Assembly: GCA_973895155.1 (NCBI GenBank)
Contig: OZ316891.1
Span: forward strand, 7,619,808-7,683,807
Origin: Marsupella aquatica
Lineage: Eukaryota > Plantae > Marchantiophyta
Direction of reading: 5' to 3'
DNA: 64,000 nucleotides
The notes below the pieces were generated by a model. That model worked only from the letters and a program-made list of their open reading frames with translations. It did no database searches and was not told the DNA's origin. The translations under genes and the position numbers were made by a program. Within the stretch, counting starts at the first letter, position 1. Every line of letters starts with the position of its first letter. This document shows positions 1 to 13,894 of this stretch, in pieces.

Positions 1-172
1 CTCAACAACCTTCGTACCACCAATTTTGGTATTTGGAATATATGTGCATTCCACATGCAGGCCTCTGAGAATTGAAGTCCTCATAGGTGTTCTGCAAGGC
101 TACTGGGACTCAGTGTTCCCCCAATGCCATTCTTATTCCAGGGCCAAGAAATCTCGGGTATTGATAAGGTGA

Positions 173-992
173 GTTATGTCCTGGAGGTATTCTGCTGGTT
201 CTTCACGCCCTCACAAGTCACCAGCGAAAATAACTATCCCCATCTTAATACCAAAACCTTAGTGAAGCACGTCATCCAACTGCTAGTTACTGAAATTGAC
301 CTAGGGTTGGAGATGGGGTAACTAACTCAGCTTGCTGCTTTCACACCGGAAGCTCAGACGAATCTGTGGCTTTTTGTTTAAGGAAACCCTCAGCACCAAA
401 GTTGTGTAGGGTAACACATCCCCAAGATCTGTAATCCCCGAGGGCGCTGATCCCGAGGGGGTTACAGCCATTATCCCCAAGTGGGGATGAGTTACTGCGC
501 ATAAAGCCTGAGGGAATTTTTACACAGAATTCAATTCAGTTTTACATAGGAAAAGTCTGATCCGTCACTGTCTGCCACTCGCACTTTACTCTATTTCTCA
601 TTCAAATTTCATAATCCCCAGGCTGGCCTTTACTCTATTTCTCATTCAAATTTCATAATCCCCAGGCTGGCCCAGGGGTTCAGTGGCTTCACCTGGGGAT
701 AATGCCTCATAACCTTGTACACACATACAAAGGAAAAAATCCAGGAAGGGTTTACGATCTCTAAGGCGGCTTGCCTTTCAAAGGGGTACACTTGAACTTG
801 GTCCATACAGCGAAATTTGCTTCTAACAAAGCACTGATGCGAATAGACCTATTGAATGAAGGCTTGAAGGCAACCATAGTTCAAACATTAGGATGGTTTT
901 GGGGTTTGTTTTTTCTTCTGTTGGTTCATTTAAGTATGTTCTGGTAAACTTAGAGTCCTCAGAGCTCTCAAATGGACCTAGGCTGACATAGG
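173..992 (+). repeat. Left arm of ~820-bp long inverted repeat
   Basis: 173-992 (gttatgtcctggaggt...ggctgacatagg) is the near-identical reverse complement of 2774-3596; contains an internal ~44-bp tandem duplication at ~584-672. Confidence 0.95.
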
Positions 993-1417
993 CAGTCTCA
1001 TCCTGACACTATGAATGATCACAATTTTCTCCTTGTTTTATAAAACAAAATACTGGATAGGAAGTTATAGTTCTCATTGATACACATTTTTTGGATTGAT
1101 TCAATCATGTAGAGACAATTAGCCTCACAGGGTATTCTCCATGTGTCCAGGGAGTGAGAAGTTGAACGGAATCAAATTGATCCACTGCAATTGTAAAAGA
1201 TAAATCTTGACTGTCCTGTCTTGTTAGAAAATAATCCCCGCAGATATTTGGTTTGGGGACGAGCATTTTCACGTCTGAATCCCATAGTGCTCTCACGGGA
1301 AATGTCCAAGAACTTCGAGGAAAACACTAAAGAGCAACGTGATAAACAGAACTAATTGTCGTCTTTGAGCTTTGCATTAACTGCACTGGAGATTGATCAT
1401 CTTGGGTTTTCTTGCAG

Positions 1418-1687
1418 CAATTACCCCCCTGGTGGAAATGGTACTACTGGATTGACCCTGTATCATGGTCTCTTTATGGCCTGTTCGATTCTCAACTGGG
1501 TGACGTGACTGAGACAGTAATTGGTCCAGACGGGAGCATTCTACAGATCAGAGACTATTTAGAGCAACATTTTGGTTACGAACGTGACTTCTTGGTATGG
1601 GTTGCTATGGTTCATGTAGGACTTGTAGTCTGTTTTGGACTTGTGTTTGCCGTCTGCATTAAATATTTGAACTTCCAGAGGAGATGA
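1418..1687 (+). CDS. Terminal exon of a full-size ABCG/PDR transporter (orphan fragment)
   Basis: QLPPWWKWYYWIDPVSWSLYGLFDSQLGD...YLNFQRR* is the typical plant PDR C-terminus; preceded by acceptor ttttcttgcag (ends 1417); no upstream PDR exons recognised in the window. Confidence 0.9.
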   Translation, partial: QLPPWWKWYYWIDPVSWSLYGLFDSQLGDVTETVIGPDGSILQIRDYLEQHFGYERDFLVWVAMVHVGLVVCFGLVFAVCIKYLNFQRR

Positions 1688-2773
1688 ACGCAAATATCTA
1701 TAAATGTAGTAGCCAACTGCAGACTCCTGCAGTTAACTCTTCCATGTATATTATTTTAGCTGATATTCAAAGCTAATCGACCCAGATTAAGTGCAAATGA
1801 TGAGCACAATGTGGTGAGTAATTGCAAGATTGACTCAAGTCCCTGAGATGTCTCTCATTATGTGTTGTGTACAGATACTTATGAAAACCAATATGAGATT
1901 GAAGACATCTCCAATGTCACAAAGAAAAAAAGTTATTGACTGGAATAAGATGAAACAATTCAAGCTCGAAATGGATTTGCCATTCGTGCCTGTACTCATG
2001 CTCAAATTTGTTGTGCAAGGACCTCTCACGATTTGTACCCTTGAAATCTTGGCCATATCATCACTTCAGCCGGTGTTGTTGTTGTGACCCTTGATCAGGG
2101 CTGCAAATGAGCTGTACATCAAATGGCCCAGCACTACTTCAAACAAGGATAGATTTTCTTATTGTATCACCCAACTCTCATGCACCTGTTGAAGGACCTA
2201 TGGCCCTAGGATGATGGAAATCCTTCCCCATTCCTTATTGTCCCATAATTTCCATGAATCAGTGGATACCTTGCTCCAGAAAGTTGAGGGGCAGCGCTGC
2301 AGCCCCACACTGTAGTAAGGAATATGCCATGTCGTGTTCCTACGTCGCAACAGCATACTGGCCTTTTGATTTCCCTATTTTATGCGAGCAATGATGAATA
2401 TGAAGATGTCATTACTTCACAAGAGCATTTGATGGCGAGACCATTGAGTACTTATCAGAAGCAGAACTTTAATCTCCATGATTGATTGTCCCTTTCCTGT
2501 GATGTCAAAGCTGAGCGTAAATTGGCGAAGGTAGCCCAGTTCACAGTTTAGGGTGACGAGGAGGATGACCATTGTCAATACTTGAAACGTGCAACACTAT
2601 TAATTTTCAGTGAAGAAGGTTTTCATATCAAATTTCTTTGAATCTTGGCGTGGTTCAAATGTTGGCTCCATTGACTCCATCTATTTGATCATCCTCAAAG
2701 AAGTTAGTAAGTCTGATATTTACAATTGGCAAAACCCACTGATTTTAGAAACATACAGATCTGGCTCAACAGA

Positions 2774-3596
2774 CCTATGTCAGCCTAGGTCCATTTGAGA
2801 GCTCTGAGGACTCTCAGTTTACCAGAACATACTTAAATGAACCAAGAGAAGGAAAAACAAACCCCAAAACCATCCTAATGTTTGAACTATGGTTTGCCTT
2901 CAAGCCTTCATTCAATAGGTCTATTCGCATCAGTGCTTTGTTAGAAACAAATTTCGCTGTATGGACCAAGTTCAAGTGTGCCCCTTTGAAAGGCGAGCCG
3001 CCTTAGAGATCGTAAACCCTTCCTGGATTTTTTCCTTTGTATGTGTGTACAAGATTATGAGGCATTACCCCCAGGTGAAGCCACTGAACCCCTGGGCCAC
3101 CCTGGGGATTATGAAATTTGAATGAGCAATAGAGTAAAGGCTAGCCTAGGGATTATGAAATTTGAATGAGAAATAGAGTAAAGTGCGAGTGGCAGACAGT
3201 GACGGATCAGACTTTTCCTATGTAAAACTGAATTGAATGCTGTGTAAAAATTCCCTCAGGCTTTATGCGCAGTAACTCATCCCCACTTGGGGATAATGGC
3301 TGTAACCCCCTCGGGATCAGCGCCCTCGGGGATTACAGATCTTGGGGATGTGTTACCCTACACAACTTTGGTGCTGAGGGTTTCCTTAAACAAAAAGCCA
3401 CAGATTCGTCTGAGCTTCCGGTGTGAAAGCAGCAAGCTGAGTTAGTTACCCCATCTCCAACCCTAGGTCAACGTTTCAGTAACTAGCAGTTGGATGACGT
3501 GCTTCACAAAGGTTTTGGTATTAAGATGGGGATAGTTATTTTCACTGGTGACTTGTGAGGGCGTGAAGAACCAGCAGAATACCTCTAGGACATAAC
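2774..3596 (-). repeat. Right arm of ~820-bp long inverted repeat
   Basis: cctatgtcagcc...acctctaggacataac; reverse complement of 173-992 with few mismatches. Confidence 0.95.
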
Positions 3597-4622
3597 CACA
3601 GATCTGACTCAACAGACGTTGGTAAGTAGGTCAGTAATTAGAACCTCCCGGGTCCGCGTGGCCTTGCCATAAGCCAAAGCCAACACCCATTGTTTTTCCG
3701 TGTTTGCCCACTTTCTATTTGTCACTAGTTGGCCGCCCTGCCCCCATGACATGGCCGAAATAGCTAGCTTGTCCCAAACGCCGAGACCAATTTGGCCCTA
3801 GCTCTAGCAACCATCTCCAAGGTTCCAACCCAACTGAGAGTCTAGGGGCCAATTGCAATTGGACCTCAATACCTACGCCTACTCTGCATTGTCTCCCCAA
3901 TGCAAACTCCCAAGGGAAATTGAACGCAGTTTGGCTGCTATTTTGGCAAGATTTGGGCAAGCGCTTGATAGCCCACGCACACCTTGACACCCAAAAGCAC
4001 CCTCAGACCCAGCTAAGCTCAAGAGGATTTCAAGAGCTTTGTCATTTTTGTGTCACGACCATTGCGACTCACAACTTGGGCTTGCCCTTGACCCCTAGGT
4101 AGACACCACTCTCTCATATATGTTTATGGAGACCTACCAATCCCTAGACCAACTTTGGTCCTCTATATTTGGCACTCAACCTGGACTCCAACCTGATTGC
4201 ACAGACACGCAACTAACTTGCTATGTCCATAACTTTCTAGCTAGACGTCCCTAAGTGAAGTGCCTTAGCCTGTTATGATCAGGCCGACCCAGTGCTCATG
4301 CCTAGGCTCTCAAAGCCCATCGTCAATCAAGGGTCTTAGACTACCACACCTGAACCGCACCCCAGGCCACACCGTATCTCAAGCGTCAAATTAATATTCG
4401 TTGCGCATGAAGGAAACTTCATTAGCCTTGTGCCCAAGAAGAACTCAAAGTTTGTCTGGGAGTCCAGATGGCACACCCTGATCCTGGCCCTTCATATGAC
4501 TTAGACTAGATCCCACGCTACCTAAGTCCTTAGTGGGCATCACCAGCTTATATAGCACATTGCCCTTGCTAGTGTAAGGCTTTGTTGCCCACTAGTCTCC
4601 TCATACTTAGTCCACCAGATGG

Positions 4623-7368
4623 TGTCACACCAAAAGATCCGTCCTTACATGGATTTTGGCTTAGGTTGCAATAAGCTTCGTTAGTATTGAGAGTTCGGGC
4701 AAGGAGGGATGCACAATACGTACTTATTCTTATAAACTAGCGCTAAGAGCGTCCGACATACACACTTACCACGGGGCTGATATACTTTGTGTTCCGCCGC
4801 CGGAAGGTACCTTAAGTCAATAGCTTGATCAACCCTTGCTTAAGGACTTCTAAGCCTTTGTGCTGTCCGCCTCCGATCCGATAATACGGGTGTCCAACCC
4901 GGGCTTGCAATCACTATCCGCAATTGACACCCCATGCACAGCTTGCATAATGCGCTCAGCCAAGCATTTTCTACCCTATATAAGATTGACTATTGCGACT
5001 GGACTTCGCAACATACAATCCTAACTTACACAAAGGAAATGGTGGGGAAAAGAATTTACTTCAAATCCGCCATACACATACACACGGTTGACTTGACTTC
5101 TCCTCAACTAGCAGGCCCAATGATAGCAAACTGTACACTACAACGGAGCCCGGCTCCGCACTTGCCGGACGAGTTAGGGCCACTTTACAATACGGGCGTG
5201 GCAATTTGAGTACTTTCTACTAGGGCTATAACAGAGCCCAACTTTTCATGTACAATAGGACTCAGACCAATCCAAGGCAAGAATCGTAGGAGAAAGTGAC
5301 CTGCCCTGGGCCCTCATCCGTGTAAAAGAAGTGGACCCCCCTGCGATTGGGCCCTTTTCCTGTTTACCCCTTGTTATTTCCATTTTACTATTAAAAGTTC
5401 CCTTATTACCGGTAATAATTATAATTATTAATTCAAAATTAATAAAAACTACCCTTTGAGCGTTCGCACGTCCTCCACGTATTAGTTAAGACTGAGGGCC
5501 CAAGGGTGACCTGCCCATTTTTGCACCTCCGGAGGTCCGATAGTCTAGCACCCAGATGAGAGTCCCAAGCTGGCTAGCCCGAGTTGATCCATACCAGAAC
5601 GTGCGCACGTTTGGTCATTCCCGCAACTCAACTTGCCGCGCCAATCTCCTAAAGCAATGAGCACCCGGGCAGGCTAAAACAACGTCCGTGATTGATTTCA
5701 TCCTGAAAAAAGGGGACTAAATTGCCACGCCCGTCTTGTAAAGTGGCTCTTAGTCATACATTCACCCCTTGGTGCTCTCTACTCACAAAGGCTGAGACTC
5801 CCCGCACATCCTTTGGATACCCGATTTTGAACCTAAAATCTCCCCTTGCCTCTAACGGGGGGTGCACTAAATACTGTCCAAGGTTGTGGCCAGGAACGGT
5901 CACAATGCCAACTAAGTCTAACCTATCCTAAGTTTCTGTAACTGTCAGATCACAAAACAACGCGTCCTATCCTAAGATTTTACGCTAAGTGGGGTCAATC
6001 GAATAAGGCACTACCGCTAACTAGTTTTGGCGTTTGTCTTCAGCGGCCAACCTCTCTATCTAATCCTGTCTCTACTCTAAACCTACCCCGCCACAAATGT
6101 TTGGCACGCATGCTAGACCGACCCAAGTTGGACCAGGAACGTCCGTCCCGTTGTCCCCTCAGACGGTCTACCTCCTACTTGAGTAGCTGGACTTGATCCA
6201 AGAGAGACTCATTCTCTTATTGTTGCATTCGTCTCCTCTGCGGCATCTTGGCACACCTCTTCCAACTGCTGGGCTTCGCTTGTCAGTTGTGCCACCAGTT
6301 GATCCTGTTTGGTGGCTTCTTGCAGAAGCCATGCCACCTCCACCTTCAAGGTGTCAACCTCCTCCGTATCTCTCTAGGCCCTGCATCTTTTCCAGCTCCA
6401 GCTTGTATGGCCCATGCTGCTTTGGCTTTGGTGATCTGGGCCAAGGCGGTCGCAAGCTGGGGCCGGAGAAGTTGCAGCTCGGCCGCTTGGGCTGAGGCTT
6501 CATTTAACAGTTGGGTTACCTCATCCCGATATTGCTCTATCCTCCTTGCGGCCTTGGACTGGGCATGCCCTACTTTTACTGTTGCAACCAGTTCTTGGTT
6601 GAAGAAGTAAGCCACTTGTGGGCCATAAACACTCCCATATCTCACAAGAACTGGTTGCACAATACGGGAATTAACCAGGTCATGCCCGTTATGGTTTGGG
6701 CAAGGGCCTCCCTTTATCTAGGTGGGGGTGGGGGCAGACAAATCCAGTTGTGGGGTGACAAGAACCAGGACAAATGGATCTGTTGAGGAGGACGGCTCTA
6801 TTGGGGATGGCACAGGGGATGTTGGAGTTTCCTCCATGATGAGGGCTTCCGGCTCAAGGTCGGCTTCTACGGGGTCGACCGCGATTGTTGCCCAGGCTTG
6901 GTTTTGCGTGTCCAAGGCCGCGATGACTGTCGTATCCGAAAAGGAAGATGAAGCCCCCTCAGTTGGCTTTGGGGTCGGTGTGGGGACGGGAGCCATGGGT
7001 TCTAGACGGCCTTGGGTTGGGCTTGTCCCTCCTGAGCTGAGAAGGCCCACCTAGATGGGGTGAGTTTGGGTTCATTGCACCGGGAAGTATTTGGCAATCA
7101 AAACAAGCATACCACTCCATGATGATTTCTATGTGGCTGGCCAAGTACGCCTTTCCCCCAAGGAACAAGGTCTTCCTTCGTTGCTCCATCTCCTCATGGA
7201 ATTTCTTGACAAATAATGACACCAACTTCTTAGGCCGGTAATTCTCTACTTGAATTACCTGGGCAGCGGATGTCTCTCCCTGTGCCTCCATCATGTGGAG
7301 CGCATACTGCTGAAACTTGAGCCGCTCTGCCACCTTTGGGATGATACAAGTCCGCATAATAAAGCCAT
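4623..7368 (-). mobile_element. Family B TG..CA element, 3' part (5' part cut off at the family A copy starting 7369)
   Basis: Terminus tgtcacaccaaaag matches the reverse complement of the B end at 39177; ORF pieces (FVKKFHEEM...YLASHIEIIMEWY; VAYFFNQEL) match the other B copies. Confidence 0.85.
5177..5749. mobile_element. Tourist-like (PIF/Harbinger) MITE
   Basis: ~31-bp TIRs gggccactttacaatacgggcgtggcaattt / aaattgccacgcccgtcttgtaaagtggctc; TTA on both sides (5174-5176, 5750-5752); absent from the other B copies. Confidence 0.9.
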
Positions 7369-10350
7369 TGTGATGCCTAGCCAGGAATCACTAGGCCAAT
7401 TAAGACAGTAAACCTGAGTGGTATACACTAAAACACATTAGTATAACTGGAAAAAGGGAAAACATAAACCATTAAGGGTAACCATGGTACCCGAGCCAAG
7501 GCCAGAAGTAAGGGCGCAATGGCAACCAGGAGGCATGATTAGGGTTAGGGCATGCTAAGCACAATCGGCCATAGGTAATCAAAGGGTGGCCAGATCGACA
7601 AAGGCAGCCAAAAGGGGGTAAGGACTGTTCACCAAGGCCAGACAAAGGCAGCTCAGTTGCAAGCACTGATCAAATAGAGGATTGCGGGAAGAAGCCAACG
7701 ACTGTCAGCTGCTTAGGCAAACACTGTGGGTGGAAGTAAATACCAAGCATCAACACAAGGTGGAAATGAGCAACGTCAACCAAGTTGCACATTTTTGGGA
7801 TGCCTGTTCGAATGGGCAATTGAGTACATTGGGACATACAAGGACGAGGAGTCAAAAAGAGCAGTCCAAGAACAACAAGAGCTTGCTCAACTGTGGGAAA
7901 TGCAGAAGTTTGCCTTCCTCAGAGGAGAGCTCATCAAGGCTGAGTTCTTGTGGATGCCTACTATCGACCAGCTTGACAACCTCCTGTTCCATAAGAATAA
8001 AATTGTCGGCATTTGGGAAGCCATCAACCATTGCAATGACAAACATTGGGACCTAAAGGGTAGCACGGAGGCATGGTCAAAAGCAACAGTGCTAGGGGAA
8101 TCGTCAAGAGTGGCCAAAATAAAGAGGAAGGGGCCCAACAACAAAGAGGCCCCCCCGGCCAAGAGAACAAGGTTGGCGGCATCTAGAAAGTTGGCCGATC
8201 ATGGGAGACATAGGCAAGAGGAGGCCGAGGAACCAGAGGTTGACCCCGTCAACGCCATCCCTACAAGAGATGATACATGGAAGGGCTGGGCGATGGTCCT
8301 ACCGTTGGTGGTGCAGTTATATTTTACAACCATGCAGTCCCAAAAGTACCAAGGCTTCATGGTCGGATCCGGCTTAGAGACCTTTGTTAGATTACTGTGG
8401 TTGAAGGTAGAGGTGCCAAATTCAGACCTGTTGGAGTTTGTGGGATCCATGGATCACAAACCAAATGCAACCAGGGTATATGGGAGGGAATTCTAGCTCA
8501 CTCCCAAGGTGATTGCCAAGGTATTTGGCTTGCTGATAGTCAATAAAACCAAGGTAGATACCCAAAAGAACTTGTTGGATAGGGAGTTTAGGAGTTTAGG
8601 TCGTTTCCTAGGCCATCAACGAAGAATGGCTTCTTCCGGAACACCTGCACCAACCCGCACATTGGAGAAATGATTGATTTCTTGTGGGTGACAATGCATT
8701 GCAATTTGGCAAGGCCGGAGATCGGCAAGGCACAGGTCTACCTAGAAAAAAGGCCAGACCCAAGCCGGGACTACAATGGGTACCTCCTCACCCAATTGAA
8801 GAAGATCTTGAAGGAGGAACAATAAGTGATAGGCCATGGGAGTGTGTCCCGGCTTGGTTATCACATGTCATTGTTGTGCCGGTATGCCCAAAGTCAGACC
8901 TTTGCACCAGTACTCCCCCTGTAGGCAAAGGCACCAGAAGAGGAGTCGGAGTAGAGGCCAACAGCAAGGAAGCCCAAACCGCTTGGCAGCCCCACAATAG
9001 AGCAGATCTTCAGGCCAAGGCCAGAAACCATGCCGATGGAGCAACCAGCCATGCAGGACATTCTGCACATGCTACAAAAGGAGAATCCGGCAGCTGGGGC
9101 ACAAGCACCGGTAGAGGGCATTGTTTGGGAGGTAGGCACAGGAAGACTCACGAGAGTAGATCCCTTTGTTGGGGCCACGAAGAGAAGAAGGCCAGAACAC
9201 AAGCCAGGAGTGCGGATGTATGTGGGAGCCTTGAGTCCAAAACCTGAGGGACAAGGGCCCAAGATTCCCAGTCACGATGAGAGGGAAAGGCGGGCGTGGG
9301 AGTAGAGGCCAACACCCATGCGCAGCTTCCAGCAGGAGGCCGCATTCACGGCTGGTTCACAAGATGACCCGGAGTAACCCGTACTCCAAGCCAGAAGGGA
9401 GGGCGTGGAGGACACAACGATGAGGACTTTGGCTACGGGTCGGATTGTCCTGTACTAGGGGTGAGGACTTTTGGCCGGTTCATCCCCACACTATCGGGAG
9501 TGGTTTGTGGGGACCCAAAATAACAAAGGAGCCCGGAGTCTCCCCCACCAGACATCCCTCCTCCAAATTGTGATGGGATGAAACAGGTTGCACAGGAGTT
9601 GCAGGAGCGACTCAGAGATCTGGCAGAGTCAACCCTAGCCAAAGAGAAGGATTTACTAGGGGAGGATGGCCAGAAAACATTCAACGGCTTGCCAAAGAAC
9701 AAGTCGGCCCCCTACCCACGTTTGACAAGGTTTGAAAGACTACGTGGGAACAAAGGCTGCGTTGGGAGATGCCGGTGTCTCCTAACCACTCCACACATGC
9801 ACATTGCAGAGCCCTGGCTGGAGTATGGGAAAATGTGCGAATTACTTGCCCTTGGCATCTTTGGGGAAGAGTTGGAGATGGGGCCTTTTCTCCAAAGGGA
9901 GATGTTGGATAAAAGCTGGTTGGAAGAAGCAGTGGCCTTGGAAAGGAGGAAGAAGGAAGAGGTCATCCGACGGCTTAGAGAGAAGGAAGCCAAGACTGGA
10001 GATCTAAAGGCAGCCAAGCAGGCTCAAGACAAGCTGCGGGTTAGGAAGCATGAGCTTAGCATCATGCAAGGGCAATTGGATACAACCAAGGTTGATAACC
10101 AGTTATTCAAGAGTAAACTTGCCCAGACCCAAGGGCAGTTGGTCGAGGCGCTCAAGGAGAAGGAGAAGTGGAAGGAGCTAAAGGACACAGAGTCGGCTCA
10201 CATAACGATCTAGAACAAGGCCATGGCAGATGCACAAAGGAAGGAGAGGGCACTCAAGCGAAAGCTCAAATATCTTTGCAAAGCCTTTTAGCAAAAGAGT
10301 GCTAAATTGGATAAGACCTGTAGGGGGCGTTGATCAGTTGAAGGAGGACC
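7369..10350 (+). mobile_element. Family A element, 5' part, decayed ORF
   Basis: Starts tgtgatgcctagccaggaatcactaggcc; ORF fragments 7726-8496, 9030-9305 and 9578-10213 match the 51562-55161 protein; right boundary approximate. Confidence 0.9.
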
Positions 10351-13300
10351 CCTTCAGAGAGTTCACGCCGCCAGGTCCTTGGCCAAGCCATGGATTTGAA
10401 TTGTTGACTTGGATTGTCAGCTTGGAAGTAGCAGAGCAATTTTAAATGTGCTCTGCTAGCGTTACAAATCGTCCATTGGTAAGCTTGCGGCCTACTGAGA
10501 CAGTAGTGGCCATAGCTGGGGGCAAGCAGACAGTCCATGGACCTATGGTAGGATTGGCCAAGGCTAGATAGATTGTTGAGCAGGAAGGGATTGCTCAAAC
10601 TATTGCTAAATAGCAATCATTGGCTATCTCTTCTACCCTACAAAAAAATATTAGGGATTTGGTGGAGAGTTGGGAGCCACAGATTGGTCCTAAGTTGACA
10701 GGGGAGGAGAGACGTTACATGCATCGATTCCTAAAGAGTTATTGGAATTGTTTTGCATTTAGCATGAATGATTTGGGGACATTGAAGGGCCTTGTGGTAT
10801 TCAGATTGAATTGGCTAGTGACGCGCCAATCTTTCATAGACCATACCATTATAGTGACATGGAGAGAGATTTGATTCGGAGTAGATTCCAGGATTGTTGG
10901 AGGCTGATTTGGTGGAGATCTCATACGGGGAGTATGCATCTGCCACAATGATGCCAGCCAAGAAGGATGTGCCTAGTAATTACACGGATAGACGCATGTG
11001 TGGTGATTACCGACCTATTAATCGTTAGACAAAGTCTGATCGATATGCAATGCCCACACTTGAGGAGATCTTTGATGCTATGGGGCATGCAAAGGTTTTT
11101 AGTTCATTGGATCTGAGGGCAAAGTACCATCAGCTTCCAATCAAACATTCTGACAGGTCAAAAACAACATTATGGGGAATTGATTTGCATGGCAAGAATC
11201 ATTTGTATCAATGGAACTTGTTCTTACCATTTGGGTTGAAGAATGCACTAGATAAATTCTAGAGAGTCATGGATCGAATTCTTGCAGGTTTGGATTTTGT
11301 CAGATGTTACATTGATGATATTTTGGTCTATTCTTCCATTGTGGAAGAACATCAATAGCACTTGCAGATTGTATTAGAGAGATTGGGAGAACATGGGTTG
11401 AAACTCCACCCTGGCAAGTGTAAGTTCTTCCAACACCAGATTGAGTATTTGGGCCACACTATCTACCCAAGGGGATTGGGTGTGCAACAGACTAAGGTGG
11501 AGGCCATTACACAGATTCCTTGTCCTACTGATGTGAGTAGAGTTTGTGCATTCTTGGGATTGGCGAGCTACTACAGGAGGTACATTAAAGGATTTAGCCA
11601 ACTTGCTAAACCTTTAACCATACTCACTAAGTTGGATCAAGAGTGGACTTGGGGTGATGACCAGGAGCATGTCTTTCAGGAGTTGAAAGAAAGATTGGCA
11701 TCATCCCCTATTTTGAGAAGACCCATTTAAGGGAGACCATTTCAGCTACACACTGATTGGAGTGGAGTAGGACTTGGAGCAGTGTTGACTCAAAAGGATG
11801 ATGGGGGGAATGAGTTTGTTGTGGCTTATGCCAGTCTATCAAACAATTCAGCAGAGGCTAAGTATAGCTCTTATGAGGGAGAGTGTTTGGCAGCAGTGTG
11901 GGCTGTGGCAAACTTCCGTTGCTACTTGTTTGGTAACCCCTTCACCTTGATCACTAATCATCAGCCTCTCAAGTGGTTAATGGAGTCTGACAAACTTACA
12001 TGGAAGCTTGCATGATGGGCATTGTTGTTACAGGAGTATGATTTCTAGGTGGTGCATAGACCTAGAAAAGTGAATTTCAATGCAGATCGATTGAGCCGCA
12101 ATCCATGTACCAGTCAAGTGGATGAGACTAGAGCCAGATGGTATGATGAGTCAGATAAGGAGATGGTGCCAGGATGACATGCATCTGTCTTCCTTTGTTG
12201 GGTTCCAGCATGCAATGGATCTATGGACTCTACTTCATTAGATGAAGTAGATGATGAGTCTACCAATATGGATGTTGGTGAGGTTGTGGTTGGACAACAG
12301 GATATTCACAATGATGAGAGAATGTTGCATTGGAATACTTGCGCACTGGTTCTATTGGTGGCAGTGTTGATGCCAAGGAGCGTGACGGGGTTTTGCAAAG
12401 AGCCAAGAGGTTTTTATGGGAATGAAACCATCTTTTGAGAGTACTACGTGATGGTAAGGTATTGGTGGTACCAAAACCATCACAACAAGAACATTTGGTG
12501 CGACATGCGCACGAGGAGTTGGGTCACTTTGGTGTGAAGTGCACTTAAAACTTGCTGCAGATACAATATTGGTGGCGTGGTATGCACACTCATGTCTTGC
12601 AACTGATAGCTAAGTGTATGGTATGTGGTCAAGTGAGGGCATCATTTAATGCTCCCACTTCCCAATTGCATCCATTGCCAATCATGGGTTTGGGGTACAG
12701 ATGGAGTTTGGATTTTGTTGGTCCATTGCCTCTCACCCAATGACATAATTATTATGTTTTGGTTATGGTGGAGCATTTCTCCAAATGCATTAAGCTAGTG
12801 GCGTTGCCAGATAAAGCTAGCGGAGGAGTTGTTGCCACATTTTTGGATCGTGTACTTAGTCATTTTGGAGCACCAGCTGAGGTGTTGACTGATTCAGAAA
12901 TTGAGTTTTATGGAGAGTTTGAGAGTTTGTGCAAGCAAGCTCTGATTGATCATTGTACTACTTCTCATGACCATCCTAAGGTAGATGGATTGGCTGAGAG
13001 AGTAGTGCAAATTGTGAAGAGAGGATTGCGCAAGTATGGCTTGCAGGTTGATCATCTAGAAGATTGGGATCTTCAGTTACCTTGGTTAGCTATGCGCTGC
13101 CGTTTCAGTTGGCAAGCATCACTTGCATCCTTCTCACCTTACTTCTTGCTCTATGGTAGAGAGCCAGATTTGCCAATAGCTATTCGTCGTGATACTGCAT
13201 TGGTTGTGAACTTGGATAATCTCGATGCTTGGGTCAAGGTTTGTTCAAAGAGGGCCAGGATTTTTGAGATAATCATGCCCATGGCTCTTCGACAACCTTG

Positions 13301-13735
13301 CCATTGCCCAACATCGTGATACTCTACGGTATGCCACTATTTGTGGAGGAGGTTATCATGCCAGGATTCGATGATTTTATTTATTTGCAGCAGACAGCAT
13401 CCACTACACTTGATGTGACCGCAGGTTGGACTATTTTACGTGTGCGTGAAGTATTTCCTTATGGTGTTCTGATGTTGGAGGGACGTGATGGTATGGTTTG
13501 GAAGGATCATGTGCGCAACTGTGCACCATGTCATCTTCCAAACATTGATGGTACAGTGGATCCCAACTTAGGACATGTTTGTGCTAGTTTGAAGTGTAGA
13601 TTGTGTGGATCTACTCAGGGAGCAACTACTATGTTGATTTGTGATAAGTGTTCTAGAGGATGACACATGTTGTGTTTGACACCACCATTGCAGGTGATTC
13701 CTAGTGGATCATGGTTGTGTCCTCAGTGTCGGTGA
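10350..13735 (+). pseudogene. Ty3/gypsy pol (RT-RNaseH-integrase) with C-terminal PHD finger, many stops and frameshifts
   Basis: MCGDYRPIN, FSSLDL, YIDDILV (~11308), RNase H EGECLAAVWA, integrase HxxxxxxH/CxxC and core, then CRLC..[26 protein letters not shown]; left boundary approximate. Confidence 0.92.
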
Positions 13736-13894
13736 AGTCGACTAGTTGGAAGATATATGGATTGCAGGTAGGTGATCGATGGGGCTCACTTGCACCCGGC
13801 CTCTTGATCTTCACACCTGAAAAAGTGTATATCACCCTTGTAGAACTCATGGCTAGCTAGAGTTAGGGGACCTTACTCCCAGCTAGGGGGCAAT

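Noticed and set aside
1780-2770. Possible transposase or second gene fragment inside the inverted repeat
   Set aside because: Only short broken ORFs; no motif I can identify with confidence.
3597-4622. Possible additional LTR-like element (tgtcacgacc at 4051)
   Set aside because: No matching second terminus, TSD or second copy visible in the window.
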